Below are positions 37,440-51,262 of a DNA stretch of 64,000 bases, one piece after another. The stretch is taken from NCBI GenBank assembly GCA_002189035.1, contig NEEC01000004.1, positions 2,914,001 through 2,978,000 on the forward strand, given 5' to 3'. A program made the translations under genes and the position numbers. Source of the DNA: Utricularia gibba (Eukaryota; Plantae; Magnoliophyta). The notes beneath the pieces are model-generated. The model was not told the origin of the DNA. It saw nothing but the letters and a program-made list of their open reading frames with translations, and searched no databases. The first letter of the stretch is position 1. Each line of letters opens with the position of its first letter.

Positions 37440-39808
37440 AATAGTATCTCTTTTCTTGGATATGTTGTTATTAATGCAAGAGTAGGTGTAGATAAAGAGA
37501 AGGTGCGAGCACTAAAAGAATGGCTAACACCTACGTCAGTTGGTGAAATTAGGAGTTTTAACGAGTTTCTATAGACGGTTTATTAAGGATTTGAGCTCTA
37601 TAGCAGCACCCCTCACTCAATTGATCAAGAGAAATCACCCATTTCATTGGAGAGACGAGCAAGAGCATCCCTTCAAATAACTCAAGAATAAACATTGATC
37701 AACACCTCTACTAGGTCTTCCAAGTTTTCTGACACTTTTGAAATTGATGTGATGCATCATGTTTAGGCATTGGTTCTGTATTGATGCAAAATGAACGTCC
37801 ACTCACTTATTTTAGTGAGAAGCTTCATGGTGCCACCCTCAACCATCCAACGTATGACAAAGAGTTGTATTCATTGGTTAGAGCATTGGAGACATACCAG
37901 CACTACTTGTAGCCTAAGGAGTTTGTGATACACACTGATCATGAGTCCCTCAAACATTTGAAGGGTCAAGGAAAGCTGAATAGAAGACATGCTAAGTGGG
38001 TGGAATTCATTGACACATTCCCATATGTGATCAAATACAAGAAAGGTAAGGAGAATGTGGTTGCTGATGCTTTATCTCGAACGTACACTTTTTTTAGCCA
38101 ATCTTGATGCAAGAATTCTTGGATTTGCTTCCATCATTGACTTATATGCTAATGATCACGATTTTGGAGACATTTATAAGGCATGTAAACTTGCTCTATC
38201 TGGAATATTCTTTAGGAAAGATGGTTTTCTTTATAGGAAAGATAGACTGTGCATTCCTTATTGTTCCATACGTGCTTTGATTGTTAGGGAAGCTCATGTT
38301 GGTGGATTAATGGGACAATTTGGTGTTAAGAAGACTCTTGATACTCTCACCCAACATTTCTTTTGGCCACACATGAGAAGGAATGTTGAAAGAATTTGTG
38401 ATAGATGTATTTTTTGTAGGAAGGCTAAATCAAGCACTACCCCTAATGGTTTGTATACTCCACTCCCTACTTCTTCCCAACCATGGGTGGACATTTCTAT
38501 GGTTACAAAATTGATGATGCATCTCATGTGGTTGACCTCTTCTGTAGGGAAGTTGTTAGAATTCATGGTATGCCCCTCACTCTAGTCTCTGATCAAGATG
38601 CAACATTTCTCAGTCACTTTTGGAGAGTTCTATGGAGTAAACTGGGCACTAAGATGTTGTACTCAACAACATATCACCCTCAAACTGATGTGCAAATTGA
38701 GGTAACAAATCGCACACTTTCTACCTTACTTAGGATTATGATTAAATCAAATATTAAGACATGGAAGGGATGTTTGCCACTTGTTGGGTTCGCTTACAAT
38801 AGAACAATGCAGTGAAACTACATTTGAAGTGGTTTACGACTTTAATCCTCGTACACCTTTGGATATGTTACCTTTGCCTTGTGATGAGAAAGTTAGTTTA
38901 GATGGCAAGAAAAGGTATGAAGCGATCAGAAGATTGCATGAGAAGGTGAAATACAGATTGAGTCAGCCAATGCAAAGTATGCATCAGTAGCAAACAAGGG
39001 GAAACATAAAGTTTTATTTGAACCTGGAGATTGGGTTTGACTTCATCTAAGGAAGGAGAGATTTGCCATCAAGAGGAAGTCAAAACTTCTTCCTCATGGA
39101 GATGGCCCTATCCAAGTTGTTTAGCATGTGAATGATAAAGCATACAAGCTAGATTTACCAAGTGAGTATTCTGTTCATTCAAATTTCATTGTTGTTGATT
39201 TGTCCCTTTTTAAAATAGATATAGATTTAGGGATAAATCTTCCTAAATAAGGGAGGGGGGGGGGGTGATGAACCCTACGAAGATAATGAAGAATATTTAA
39301 AGAATGATAATAATGCTGCGCAAGTAAACACATTGGAGATAAGATCATTCCACCAGGATCAATTACAAGACGTAAAAGTAAGATGGTTGAAGCTAAGCTA
39401 GAGGCTCTACTCAACACTATTGAAGTCAACATTGGGCTGAAGTCTTACTATCAAAGGAACTCAACTACTAGAGTCTAAATCAACCTTAGAGCCAAAAACA
39501 TCTCCCCATCTTTCATTTGTGTTATTGGTCTTCTTATGCTTTTCTTTTTTATTTAGTTTGGGCTTTGTAATGTTAGAGTCCTATTCATGAAAGGAATTTC
39601 CTCTTCTTTTAGTACTTGAACACTCTTGACATATCACGCTTCTAGCTTGATTTGTCCTAGAATTATCACTTTTACTTCTTTCTCCTTCTGAAGTATGGCT
39701 TCTAATTCCCTTTGTATCAAAATGTGGTTGCAAAAGATTACTTTCTAAACTTTAAAATCACCTCATATTAATGGGTTGCTAATCTCCTTAGACTAGAGGG
39801 TCACATCA
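37440..39808 (+). mobile_element. CRM-clade copy b: RNase H, integrase, PPT and 3' LTR (39266-39808); degenerate
   Basis: [57 protein letters not shown] and YHPQTD. G-rich PPT 39251-39265; LTR TGATGAACC..GTCACATCA. Confidence 0.88.
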
Positions 39809-41624
39809 CACCCCCACTGCCTGAAATTCAATTCCGTCTTCATGTAGCTGCAAGAAAGGATCGGATATCCTCTAGACATTATATTTCGTTATTACACATT
39901 GCATGCTCTACCTCACATTTTGCCTTGGTATTCGGATCTCCATATCCCACCTTGGAGTTTCACTAGTACAAAGTCGGACTCTCAAGCATGTTCATCTGTG
40001 TCCACCACTAGAAGCTCTTCATACCTATAGCCAACTCCCTCTAACCACTGATTTCTGAAAGCTACGCTAAGGGCATCCTTAGTTTTCAAATCAATCGGGA
40101 AGATAGCCATACGAGGTTCAATGAAGTGCCATGAGCCCATCCCCGGCAAATCGATTCTTGATAACGAAAGCCCTTTGGGGAGCAATGAGGAACCACTTCG
40201 TTTTTCGAAATATTCATCCCCTCAGAAACATAGGTGGGGCCTTTCCCCTTTGATTCCGATCCCGAATCCATGTGAACAGCCACCCCCACTAGCTCACATT
40301 CAATTCCTTCTCCATGAAACTACGAGAAAGGCTCCAATATCCCGTGTACACCATCTTGCTGGAACTGGATGTGTTTAGCCACCTTTGTTCCCCTGAAGAC
40401 TGCATTGCCTGGTCCAGTGTGGCACACTATCTTTCAAGCGGTTTAATGTGGCGAGGTTACCTTATCCCATTGAGTAAATGTGGAACCAAAGGAGCCTCAT
40501 CCTCCAAATCTCTTTGAATGATAAATACTTCATCATCCACGAATGGCAACGCATGAATACGCTAATCTATTGACCCTTATCCATACACAACGTGAAACTA
40601 CGTCAACATTGTGTACCATTACCTGCATTTCCACTACTCCATGTTCGTCCTCTTGTGAGGACGGAATCATTCCATAGACATGGTGTTGCACCATGCCAAG
40701 GCCATGGAATTACTCATCATCTTGGTATAATGTGAGGGGTGTGCCCATCCGCCGCAGCCCCAACCTTGCCGCGAGTTGTGTAGCTAGAGAAGCATTTTCG
40801 AAATATTCATCCCGTCATCAACATCGGTGGCCTTTCCCCTTTGATTTCGATCCCAAATCCATGCGAACAGCCACCCCCATTGCCTTACATTCAATTTCTT
40901 CTCCATAAAGCCGCAAGAAACGCTCCGATATCCCGTGAACACCATTTAGCGAGAACTGGATGTGTGCAGCAACCTTTGTGCCCCCAAAGACTGCACTGCC
41001 TTGTCTAGTGTGGCAGACTATCTTTCAAGGGGTTTAACGTGGGGAGATTACCTTATCCCATTGGGTAAATGTGCAACCAAAGGGGCCTCCTCCTCCGAAT
41101 CGCTTTGAATGATCAATACTTCATCATCCACGAATGGCTACGCATGAATACGCTGATCTATTTACCCTTATCCATAGATAACGTGAATATTTATCAACCT
41201 TTTGTACCACTACCTGCATTTCCACTACTCCATGGTCGTCCTCTTGTGAGGGCTCACCATCCTCAAGAATCACTCCATAGACTTCGTGTTGCACCATGCC
41301 AAGGCCATGGGATGACTCATCACGTTGGTATAATGTGAGGGGTGCGCCTCTCCGCCGTTGACCCAACCTTGCCGTGAGCTGTGTGAGGAAGCTAGCACTA
41401 GTCATCCAACCGTTGCACCTTATGAACCTCATAACAAACTGCGTAGCTCTCAAATCCTGCATCTAGATGTAGCTGAAAACATCGGCTCACCACCTACATG
41501 AATGAGGTTGTCGATTGTTCCAAACGAAAAGGGGAGGAAAGGGTGCACATACTGTCGAATGTCACGTGGGCAACCAAGCTTCCGGTGTAGCTAGAGAAGC
41601 ATTGTTGACATATCACGATTTGTT

Positions 41625-41950
41625 CGTTGTTGCAATAAAAAATAGAGTCTTGGGAAGTAACAAAAAGGTAATGCTTATGAGATCACCTTTGATGAAAAAC
41701 GACTCATGAACAATAATAATGACCAAAAACCTAATTGACACGCATTCCTAGTAGGGTTTATATATACCCAATACCTAGGTTACCCAACAGTGGGCCACAA
41801 TCATTGAAAACACACAAAAAGCCCAACAACTCGAATCCAACACTTCCATGCTCGAACCCAATACCTTTTTTTATCTGAAATATGACATTATGACACAAGT
41901 TTAGTTCTTCCAATCACCTTCAAGCTTTGGATTGAGGCTGATCTCCAACA
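41625..41950 (-). repeat. copia-A solo LTR (326 bp)
   Basis: Closely matches the copy 1 LTRs; TSD TTGTT at 41620-41624 and 41951-41955; one terminal base mutated. Confidence 0.93.
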
Positions 41951-42268
41951 TTGTTCGGTCAGATATCTGTGGTGGATAGGTTACCTAAGTCCTCCACCTC
42001 CTCCCTCTCAATATTTCCTGGTGAGTATCCATTTGTGTATTTGGTGGGCACGACTCCCGCACGGAGGTCTTTCAGGGAACATGAAAATGGTGTGCCTATG
42101 CTCAAGCAATGGGAACCTTAAACATGGAGTAGGACTACCCACGCACGCTACAGTTCGCATTCATCCCGAGTAACTTGCTATTATCTTCTCAATTCGATAT
42201 CACACGTGTATCTTGATGCTACCTTCGATGACTTCTTTATTCAAATGACAAGCATGGCTCGTGTGGGT

Positions 42269-45200
42269 AGTTGGAGATCAGCCTCAATCCAAAGTTTGAA
42301 GGTGATTGAAAGCACTAATCTTGTGTCATAATGTTATATTTCAGATAAAAGGTATTGAGTTCGAGCATGGAAGTGTTGGATTCGAGTTGTTGGGCTTTTT
42401 GTGTGTTTTCAATAATTGTGGTCCACTGTTGGGTAACCTAGGTATTGGGTATATATAAACCCTACTAGGAATGCGTGTCAATGAGGGTTTTGGTCATTCT
42501 TATTGTTCATGAGTCGTTTTTCATCCAAGGTGATCTCAGAAGTATTACCTTTTTGTTACTTCCCAAAACTCTCTTTTTTCTTGCATCAACATGGTATCAG
42601 AGCAGTAAGGTTCTCAAACCTGTGCTCGTTTCAGTATTTTATTTACCGTTCAGCGTTTTTTACTTGGTGGATTACAAAGTATCAACCCAAAGCTTTTCAA
42701 GCGGTGGCTATGATGGCATCTGGTAGAGGACCTCCAATATTTGATGGTTCAGAGTATGGAAGCTGGGTCAAAAAGATGCGCAGCTAACTGCGGGTCAGAA
42801 ATATTTGGGATGTTGTTGAAAGGGAGATTCCGACGATTACAATAACAAGCAAATCCACATCAGAACAGCAAGAGGAAGCTGAATATCTTCAACAAAGAAA
42901 AGATGAAGCAATGGATGCCTTGCATCAAGCCATCTCTGAACATCTATTTGATGATATTGCATAGTGTCAATCAGCAAAAGAAATATGGGATACTCTCAAA
43001 TCCCATTATGAAGGTGATGCCAAACTGAGAGAAATATTATGCAAAAACAAGCTGGAGGACTTTGAGAGAAACAAAATGTTAGACAATGAAACCATACAAG
43101 TCTATTATGAACGTACTGCGAAGCTTGTGAAGGAGATTCGAGGATTGGGGGAAAAACTTGAGGATCAAAAGGTGATTAGCAAGGCAATCATGAGCCTACC
43201 TGCAAGATTCGAGCCAAAGTTATGTGCACTTGAGACAGAAAGAAAAATCTTTGACATTATTGAAGGAAAGCTCCATCAGTTATATCCTGAATATCCTGTT
43301 ACACCAGAGCCAACATTTAGAGAGTTCATGATTGAGTTGCAATCTACAGAAAAGAGATTGGAGCTAAGAGATGGTTATGAAGTTGAGAAAACTTATGGTG
43401 AAGCTGCTCTCCTCACCAAAATGCGGAATATGAATATAAATTCAGGTGCAATTAACAATGTCAAGAATGTCAAATCAACAGCCATCAAACAATCACCAAC
43501 GTCAATCCCCACATCAACGATGAGCAATCAGAAGTGCAGGCATTGTGACAAATCCAACCATAAGAGTGAAGATTGTTGGACTTTAAGCACAAATGCTTGC
43601 AAGCATTGTAACAAACAGAATCACAGGAGTGAGTTTTGTTGGTGGAAGCCTGATGCTTTGTGCACGAAATGCAATCAAAGAGGCCATCTTGACAAGGTAT
43701 GTGGAATGTCAAATCCAATAAAAGTTGAGCATAACAAGAAGGCTACTTCCAGGGAAGAGAAATCACATGCATCCTTTACCTACTTTGAAGATGAGCCAGA
43801 AATATCTTTTAAAGATCCTTTTGAGTATGAGTGTGCTCTAATGACAGTAGCCTCAGATGTTAAAGGCTGGTACTTGGACTCTGGCGCCTCCTATCATGTA
43901 TGTTGTGATACAAGGTCATTTCTCAAGCTTGAAAGGATTGGAAAGGAGGTAAGCACGTGCATTGGTGAAAATATTGGCATTGTGGGCAAAGGAAGCATTT
44001 TACTCTTGCTAAAAGAAGGAATTGTTCAAGTTGATGATGTTTATTATTCACCAAACCTCAAACAGAACCTGTTGAGCTTTGGCCAATTGAGCAGGCAAGG
44101 TTTTGACATTGAGTTGATGAAAAATGCTGGTGGTATAACCACTACAGTTAAGGTTGCTGATCCAAAAACGAAGATTGAATTACATGCTGTGTTGACCACC
44201 TACAACCTCTACCAAATCATGGTCAGTGATTATAAAAGTTGTATTTTCTCACTTCAAGATCAAAGCAGCCTTTGGCACAAACGTTTTGACCACAATAGCT
44301 TCAACAATCTGAAAATATTGCAGAAGAATAAGGAAGTTATGGAATTGAAAGACATCAAGTTTGCTAATGCCATATGTGAAGTGTGTCATCAAGGTAAATA
44401 GTGTAGAAAGCCCTTTTATTTCAGTGATTCAGTAGCAAAGGAGAAATTAGAGCTTGTGCATACAGATGTTTGTGGACCATTTAAGGAATGTTCATTAGGG
44501 GGGAGTAGATACTTTGTTACATTCATTGATGATTATTCACGTTATTGTTGGGTTTACTTTCTTAAAAGTAAGTCAGAAGTTCCTCATATCTTTCGAAAAT
44601 TCAAAGTGATGGTTGAGAATCAGAGTGGATGCTCTTTGAAGATGATTAGATCAGACAATGGAGGCGAATTCTACAATAATAGCATGAGAATGTTCTGTGA
44701 AAATGAGGGAATCATGCATCAATTCACCGTACCATATTCTCCGCAACAGAATGGTATATGTGAAAGGAGAAACAGAACAATCCTTGATATGTCAAGATGC
44801 CTATTGTTTGAGAAAGGTCTTCCTGTAAGTTTCTGGGCTGAAGCGTTATCTACATCTGTATATCTATTGAACTTGCTTCCCTCAAGGGCGATTAGTGGAA
44901 AAACCGCCCATGAAAAATGGCATGGTTATATTAAAAAGGTTGATCATCTCAAAATCTTTGGTAGTCTGTGTTTTACTCATATACCAGACCAAAAACGAGG
45001 AAAACTTGAAAAGATCTCTGTATCTGGTGTATTTGTTGGTTATAGCAACACTACCAAGGGATATAAAGTTTATCTACCTCAACAGAAGAAATTTATCTTC
45101 AGCCATGATGTCACTTTTGATGAAGGTGCAAGGTATACTTTAATTGATGATTGCATTGCTCTGAGTGATGCAGAACCTCATAAAAGTTTTGAAAGGCATA

Positions 45201-47643
45201 GCACCCATGTGAAAGAGGACCTCTGGACACACATGCCTCAAAACTTCTCTTCCAGCAATTCAACAAACCAAGAAACTTCAGAACTCGTTCATGAAGATTC
45301 AAATCAAGTAAATGATCAGCATTCAGATGAGAATTTTCCAGCTCAAGAGGAGGAGAAGGTCACAAATCAAGATGGCTCGTCCAATGAGAATTCAGAATCA
45401 AACTCTGAACCCCTATATGGACGATCTCATCAGGCCAATAATCAACCTTCAGATGGGAATTTCGAAATCCCAGAAGAGGAGCAAGGCACGAATGTAGAAG
45501 ACTCATCAACAGATGAATCTAATGGAGAGGAACCTGATACTGATGATGAAGATTATTACCCATCTGATCGTGATTGGCAAAGGAGGAAACGCAAAAACAT
45601 CAGAGATTCAATAGATAATGAAAATAGTCATGTTACTGACATTAGACGAAGCAAAAGAAACAAGGCTCCTACAATAAGTTTCTCCAAATTGAATGATGAT
45701 GTCCAAGATGCTGTAGCTGATATTTTGGCTGGATTATTGACAGGAGATCCAACATCATTTGAAGTGGCTGTACAAAATCCGAAATGGAGAGAGGCCATGA
45801 AAGAAGAAATGAATTCTATACTTGAAAATGAAACATGAGAATTAGTTGAGAAACCCAAGGATAGGGGTTTCAAACCTATTGGCCTCAAGTGGTTATTCAA
45901 AACCAAGATGAATGCAGATGGCTCTATCAACAAATATAAGGCTAGATTAGTAGCCAAGGAATATAGTCAGATCAAAGGAATAAATTTTCATGAGATTTTT
46001 GCACCAGTAGCAAGATTTGACACGATTAAAGTACTTCTTGCCATTTCAGCTGCTCATGGATGGAAAGTGCATCACATGGATGTCAAGACTGCGTTCTTGA
46101 ATGGTGTGTTGGAGGAGGTTGTTTTTGTTGAACAACCAAAGGGCTTCGAAGTGTCAGGTCATGAAGACAAGGTATTGAAGCTAAAGAAATCTCTCTATGG
46201 GTTGAAGCAAGCTCCTAGAGAATGGAATGAACGCATGGATAACTTTCTCCAGGGTATTGGTTTCAGAAAAACATATAGTGATTACTCATTATATGTTAAA
46301 GGAAAAGAAGATGATTGCTTATTTATTAGCTTATATGTGGATGATCTTATGTTTACCTCAGGTAATGAAAGGAAGATTGAGAAATTCAAAGCTCTACTCA
46401 AAAATGAATTCAAGATGACTTACCTTGGAATGATGTCCTATTATCTAGGCATGGAAATTAATCAACTTGAAGATGTTGGAACATTCATATCTCAGAAAAA
46501 GTACTGTAATGAACTTCTTGAAAGGTTTGGGTTCAAAGATGTCAATCCTTCAAAAACGCTTTTGGATTACAAACAAGTGATTGGAGAGAACAATCAGGGA
46601 AGGAATGTGGATGCCACTACTTATAGAAGTATGATTGGAAGCCTCATTTATCTACAGCATACAAGGCCTGACTTGTGTTTTTGTGTAAATGTCTTATCTC
46701 GCTTCCTCAACAAACCAACAACTCACATGGCAGCTGTGAAAAGAGCTTTCAGGTACATAAAATCATCTACTGATTTCGGATTGTTCTATCCCTATGAAGG
46801 TGAAAAACCAGTCTTGAAACTTAGAGCCTACTCAGATAGTGATTATGGTATGACTGAAGATAGCAAGAGCACATCTGGTGCACTCTTCTTCTTAAATAAT
46901 AGTCCTGTAGTCTGGTTTTCGAAGAAACAAAAAGTGGTAGCACAATCAACAGCTGAAGCAGAATACATCTCAGCAGCACATGCTTCGAACTATTGTGTTT
47001 GGTTGAGGCAGATGCTAAACGAACTTGGATTCATACAAAAGGAAGCTATACATCTGCTTATGGATAATCGAGCTGCAATCTCCATTGCCAAAGATCCAAC
47101 GAACTTCAGCAAAGCCAAGCACATAAGAATAAGGTATCATGTCATAAGGAATTACATCAAGGAGAAGAAGATTAAAGTGCAGTATGTTGAGAGTGGGAAT
47201 CAGCTTACTGATGGGCTCACCAAAGGTTTGAACAGAGTTCAGTTTGAGCTAGCAAGGAAGAACATGAATCTCATGAGTATAGAAGACTTTCTCAAGTTGG
47301 GAGATCTCGGTCTGGGGGGAGTGTTGGAGATCAGCCTCAATCCAAAGTTTGAAGGTGATTGGAAGCACTAATCTTGTGTCATAATGTTAAATTTCAGATA
47401 AAAGGTGTTGAGTTCGAGCATGGAAGTGTTGGATTCGAGTTATTGGGCTTTTTGTGTGTTTTCAATAATTGTGGCCTACTGTTGGGTAACCTAGGTATTG
47501 GGTATATATAAACCCTACTAGGAATGCGTGTCAATGAGGGTTTTGGTCATTCTTATTGTTCATGAGTCGTTTTTCATCCAAGGTGATCTCAAAAGCATTA
47601 CCTTTTTGTTACTTCCCAAGACTCTCTTTTTCTTGCATCAACA
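42269..47643 (+). mobile_element. copia-A copy 2, structurally complete (5375 bp); single gag-pol frame 42710-47371 broken by 4 stop codons
   Basis: LTRs 42269-42591 and 47322-47643 (~10 substitutions plus 1 indel), PBS TGGTATCAGAGC 42592-42603, PPT TCTGGGGGGAG. Stops at ~42786, ~42962, 44399 and 45836 are all in one frame. The TSD is not clean but the host continues across. Confidence 0.95.
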
Positions 47644-48146
47644 GGCATTATGTTTGACCACGGTCTCACATATCAAATTCCAATTGAGTTTTATGCATGC
47701 CGGACTAACGTGACCTGTGGTCCTGTGCATATGTGGTATTCTTGTCCATTATCTATATCTCAACATATGTGATTCTAGTTTGGTCCTGTGCATAAGCGGA
47801 TACTACAAAACTGATTTTACTAGGCAAGAGTTCGGCATCATACACCACCAAGACGTTCGTATCGGGACATACCGACGTGCTTTTAATGATTTGTGTTTAA
47901 TGGAAACTCAATTCACGTCAAGCTGATGAACTGAGCACAACCAAACTCCCTCATTACGTTTTCTAGCATATCCTAATGCATTTGATTCACATGTTGCACT
48001 CTTGCACCTCTCGAGTTGTTGTATGCCGACCGAAACACAAGTTTTTCTTTCCATTCCTCGCTCTAGCATAGCCAATATCCAAATACGAAGAAAAGTTGCT
48101 CCTTCTACAAGTTTTCTGGTGGTTCTTCCATGGGGTTGAACGAATT

Positions 48147-50419
48147 ACTGCACATCCGTAGAGTTCCATCAAACTTTGGAACCAATAACACCAGCACAGA
48201 GCAAGGGCTCATGCTCTCACGCACAAATCCTTTAGACATTAATTCCTCAACTTGCTTTTGTACTTTCTTCGTCTCCTCTAGATTGGCTCGGTAGGCTGGT
48301 CGATTTGGGAGTTGTGCTCCAGGAACAAGGTCAATTTGAAGCTCAATCCCTCTAATGGGAGGTAGGCCTTGAAGTTCTTCTGGAAATACAGCTTCATATA
48401 CCTGTAAGATAGATACAATACAAGATGGAATAGATGAAGCATTGTTAGGGAAAGTAGGAACTTCATCCTTGTACATAAGTAGAAGGAATGGTTGACTAGC
48501 ATGAAGTGAGTGTCTAATCTCACTTGGCCTTGCTAAGAGACTATCATTTTTTCTCTCAATTTCTAAAACTCTCATGTTTACACTTTCTGTTTTGCACTCA
48601 TTTTCATCCTTTTTTCGACTCAATTCCTTCCTATCTCTTTTTTTCTCTCCACTTTTTCAAATCCTTTTTCACTCATTTTTACTCCACTCTCTTTTTGCTC
48701 TTCTCCCTTAGGCACGACCTCCTTGTACTTTCCATTAGCAGTATGCAGGGCTCTAGCATCACTAAGGATTTTGACTTGATCTTCATATGCCTCCTTTGGA
48801 GATAATGGAGCAAGTGTGATGGAGCGTCGCTTATGGCTAAAGGAATACTTGTTCTTAAAGCCATTATGTAAAGCTCTCTTCTATCATATTCCCAAAGCCT
48901 CCCAAGCAGAATGTGACTGGCATACATAGGCACAACATCACATAAGACTTCATCTTCATATCTCCCTATGGAAAACGCCATAAGCACTTGTTTGGTAACC
49001 TTTACCTCACTTCCTTCATTGAACCACTGCAAATTGTAAGGCTTACAATGCCTCACGGTTGGTAGTCCCAATTTCTCCACCAAGATGTTGCTGGCAACAT
49101 TAGTGCAACTACCTACATCAATAATCAGGCTGCAAACTTTCCCATTAACAAAGCAACGTGTTTGAAATAAGTTTTCCCTTTGCTCATCATTATTCTTCAC
49201 TCCAATGTTAAGTGTCCTTCGAGTGACTAAGACTTCTCCAGAAACAGGCAATTCATCCTCATCACTCAATTCTGCTTCTGTTTCCACGAGATCATTATCA
49301 TCCTCACTAACCACTTCTCCATTGCCTCTGATCACCATTGCCCGTTTATTTGGACATTCAGAAGCAATATGTCCATGCTCCAAACATTTGAAACATTTTA
49401 TGTTCCTGGTAGTTCCCTTTGGAGGCGTTGTTCACACCCCTTGCTTGGAAATTGATGGGATGTCGAATTTCAAGTTTTCCATGGATGACTTCCCTTTATT
49501 GCTCTCCAGCATCTCCTTGGTGCCTCCAAATTTTGAACCAGAAGCCCTTTTGTTGAAATCTCGAGCAAAGCTTTTGTTGGAGAGTTGTTTCTCAACTTTT
49601 GTGGTCAAATGAATCATGTCCTCCATCTCAATGTAGTGATGAAGCTCCACAATATTTGCAATCTCTTTATTCATTCCATGAAGGAACCTAGCCATAGTTG
49701 CTTCCCTATCTTCATGAACATTAGCTCTAATCATCAAGATCTCCATTTCTTGCCAATATTCCTCCACTGATCTTGAGCCCTGATTGAGATTCTGCAACCG
49801 TTGATAAACATCTCTTTGGTAACTGTTTGGAACAAATCGCCTCCTTATGACTCTTTTGATCTCAGCCCAAGTATGAATTGATTCTTCAGAGTCAATCCTT
49901 CTTTTAGCCACCAATTGATCCCACCAAATTACAACATAATCACTAAATTCCATGAAGGCCAATCTGATTTTCTTTTCCTTAGAGAAGTTGCAATCAATGA
50001 CATGTTGTACTCTTGTTTCTCTTTGTAGATATGCATCTTGATCATTCTTTACTTGAAATTTAGGTATCTTCATCTTGATGTTGTTAACATCTTTTCCAAT
50101 TCTTCCGCGTTCTCTTCTACCTCCTTGATCTCGAAATCTTCTTGTATCCCCATGTACAAAATCATTTTCACCATGTTCAAGGTAGTCATCTTCTTCCAAC
50201 AGTCCTCGCACTTCGTTGATTACTTAAGTCATGTTCAGTGTTGATGCGTTGATGCATTTGAATGCCTCGACCCCTTCCAGCAGCATAATTATCTTGTCCT
50301 TGGGCTCTTGCAACATTTTGTAGTGAATTTTCGTGTTCATCAAGCCTGACATTTATATTTTCCAGAATACGATGCAATCTTGCAAATTCTTGTTGCATAG
50401 CTCTCAAAGTGAACTTCTC
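48147..50419 (-). mobile_element. CRM-clade copy c: gag, zinc knuckle, protease and start of RT; truncated at both ends
   Basis: IRLAFMEFSDYVVIWWDQL, EEYWQEME, CFKCLEHGHIASEC, CSLIIDVGSCTNVAS and LPPIRGIELQIDLVPGAQLPNRPAYR. Confidence 0.9.
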
Positions 50420-51156
50420 GCGGAAGGAGAGACTCTTCTTCTTATTTGGATATTGGCTATGCTTGAGCGAGGAATGGGAAGAAAAAACCTGAGTTTCGGG
50501 TGCCATACCACGACTCGAGAGGATCACGAGTGCAGCATGTGAATCAAATGCTTTAGGATATGCTAGGAAACGCAGTGAGTGAGTTTGGTTGCGCTCAGTT
50601 CATCAGCTTGACGTGAATCGAGTTTCCGTTCAACACAAATCACTAAAAGCGCGTCGGTACGCCCCGATACGAACGTCCTGGTGGTGTGTGATGCCGAACT
50701 CGTGCCTAGTAAAATAAGTTTTGTAGGTTCCGCTTTTTGCCGGCCGATCAGACTAGAATCACGCATGTTGAGATATAGATAATGGACAAGAATACCACAT
50801 ATGCACAGGACCACAGGACACGTTAGTCCGGCATGCGTAAAACTCAATAGGAATTTGATATGCGAGACCGTGGTGCAACATAATTTCACCAAGGACGAGC
50901 CATGCTTGTCCTTTGAATAAAGAAGTCATCCAAGGAATCATCAAGATACACGTGTGATATCGAATTGAGAAGACAATAGCAAGTTACTCGGGATGAATGG
51001 GAACCGTAGCGTGCGTGGGTAGTCCTACTCCATGTTTAAGGTTCCCATTGCTTGAGCATACGCACACCATTTTCAAGTTCCCGTAAAGACGTCCGTGCGG
51101 GAGTCGTGCTCACTCAATGCACAAATGGATACCCACCAGGAAATATGGAGAGGGAG
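50420..51156 (+). mobile_element. Tekay-like relic X, inverted relative to 42005-48100
   Basis: The reverse complement aligns (roughly 85-90% by eye) with 47644-48100 and 42005-42262. Confidence 0.7.
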
Positions 51157-51262
51157 TGTTGGAGATCATCCTCAATCCAAAGGTTGAAGGTGATTGGAAA
51201 CATTAATCTTGTGTCATAATGTCATGTTTCAGATGAAAAGGAGTTGGGCTTTTTTGTGTGTT
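51157..51262 (+). repeat. copia-A LTR 5' fragment with internal deletion
   Basis: TGTTGGAGATCATCCTCAATCCAAAGG.. joined to CRM gag. Confidence 0.85.

Larger units (their letters stand above)
39809..48146 (-). mobile_element. Tekay-like relic (integrase to chromodomain-like 3' end) hosting a copia-A solo LTR and copia-A copy 2; includes a ~600-bp tandem duplication (40207-41500)
   Basis: Host sequence rejoins across both insertions when compared with the inverted copy at 50420-51156. RFIR..PLTLYQRDESSH..ILEDGEPSQEDD..VNRSAYSCVAI loosely resembles the Tekay post-integrase/chromodomain region. Confidence 0.55.

Noticed and set aside
42255-42275. Clean TSD for copia-A copy 2
   Set aside because: Flanks TGGGT and GGCAT do not match and the LTR starts AG instead of TG; only host continuity supports the insertion site.
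51146-51165. GAGAGGGAG before the copia-A LTR fragment as a true PPT of another copia copy
   Set aside because: The purine run belongs to the Tekay-like host (its reverse complement is present at ~42001-42010 without an LTR), so it is a coincidental insertion site.
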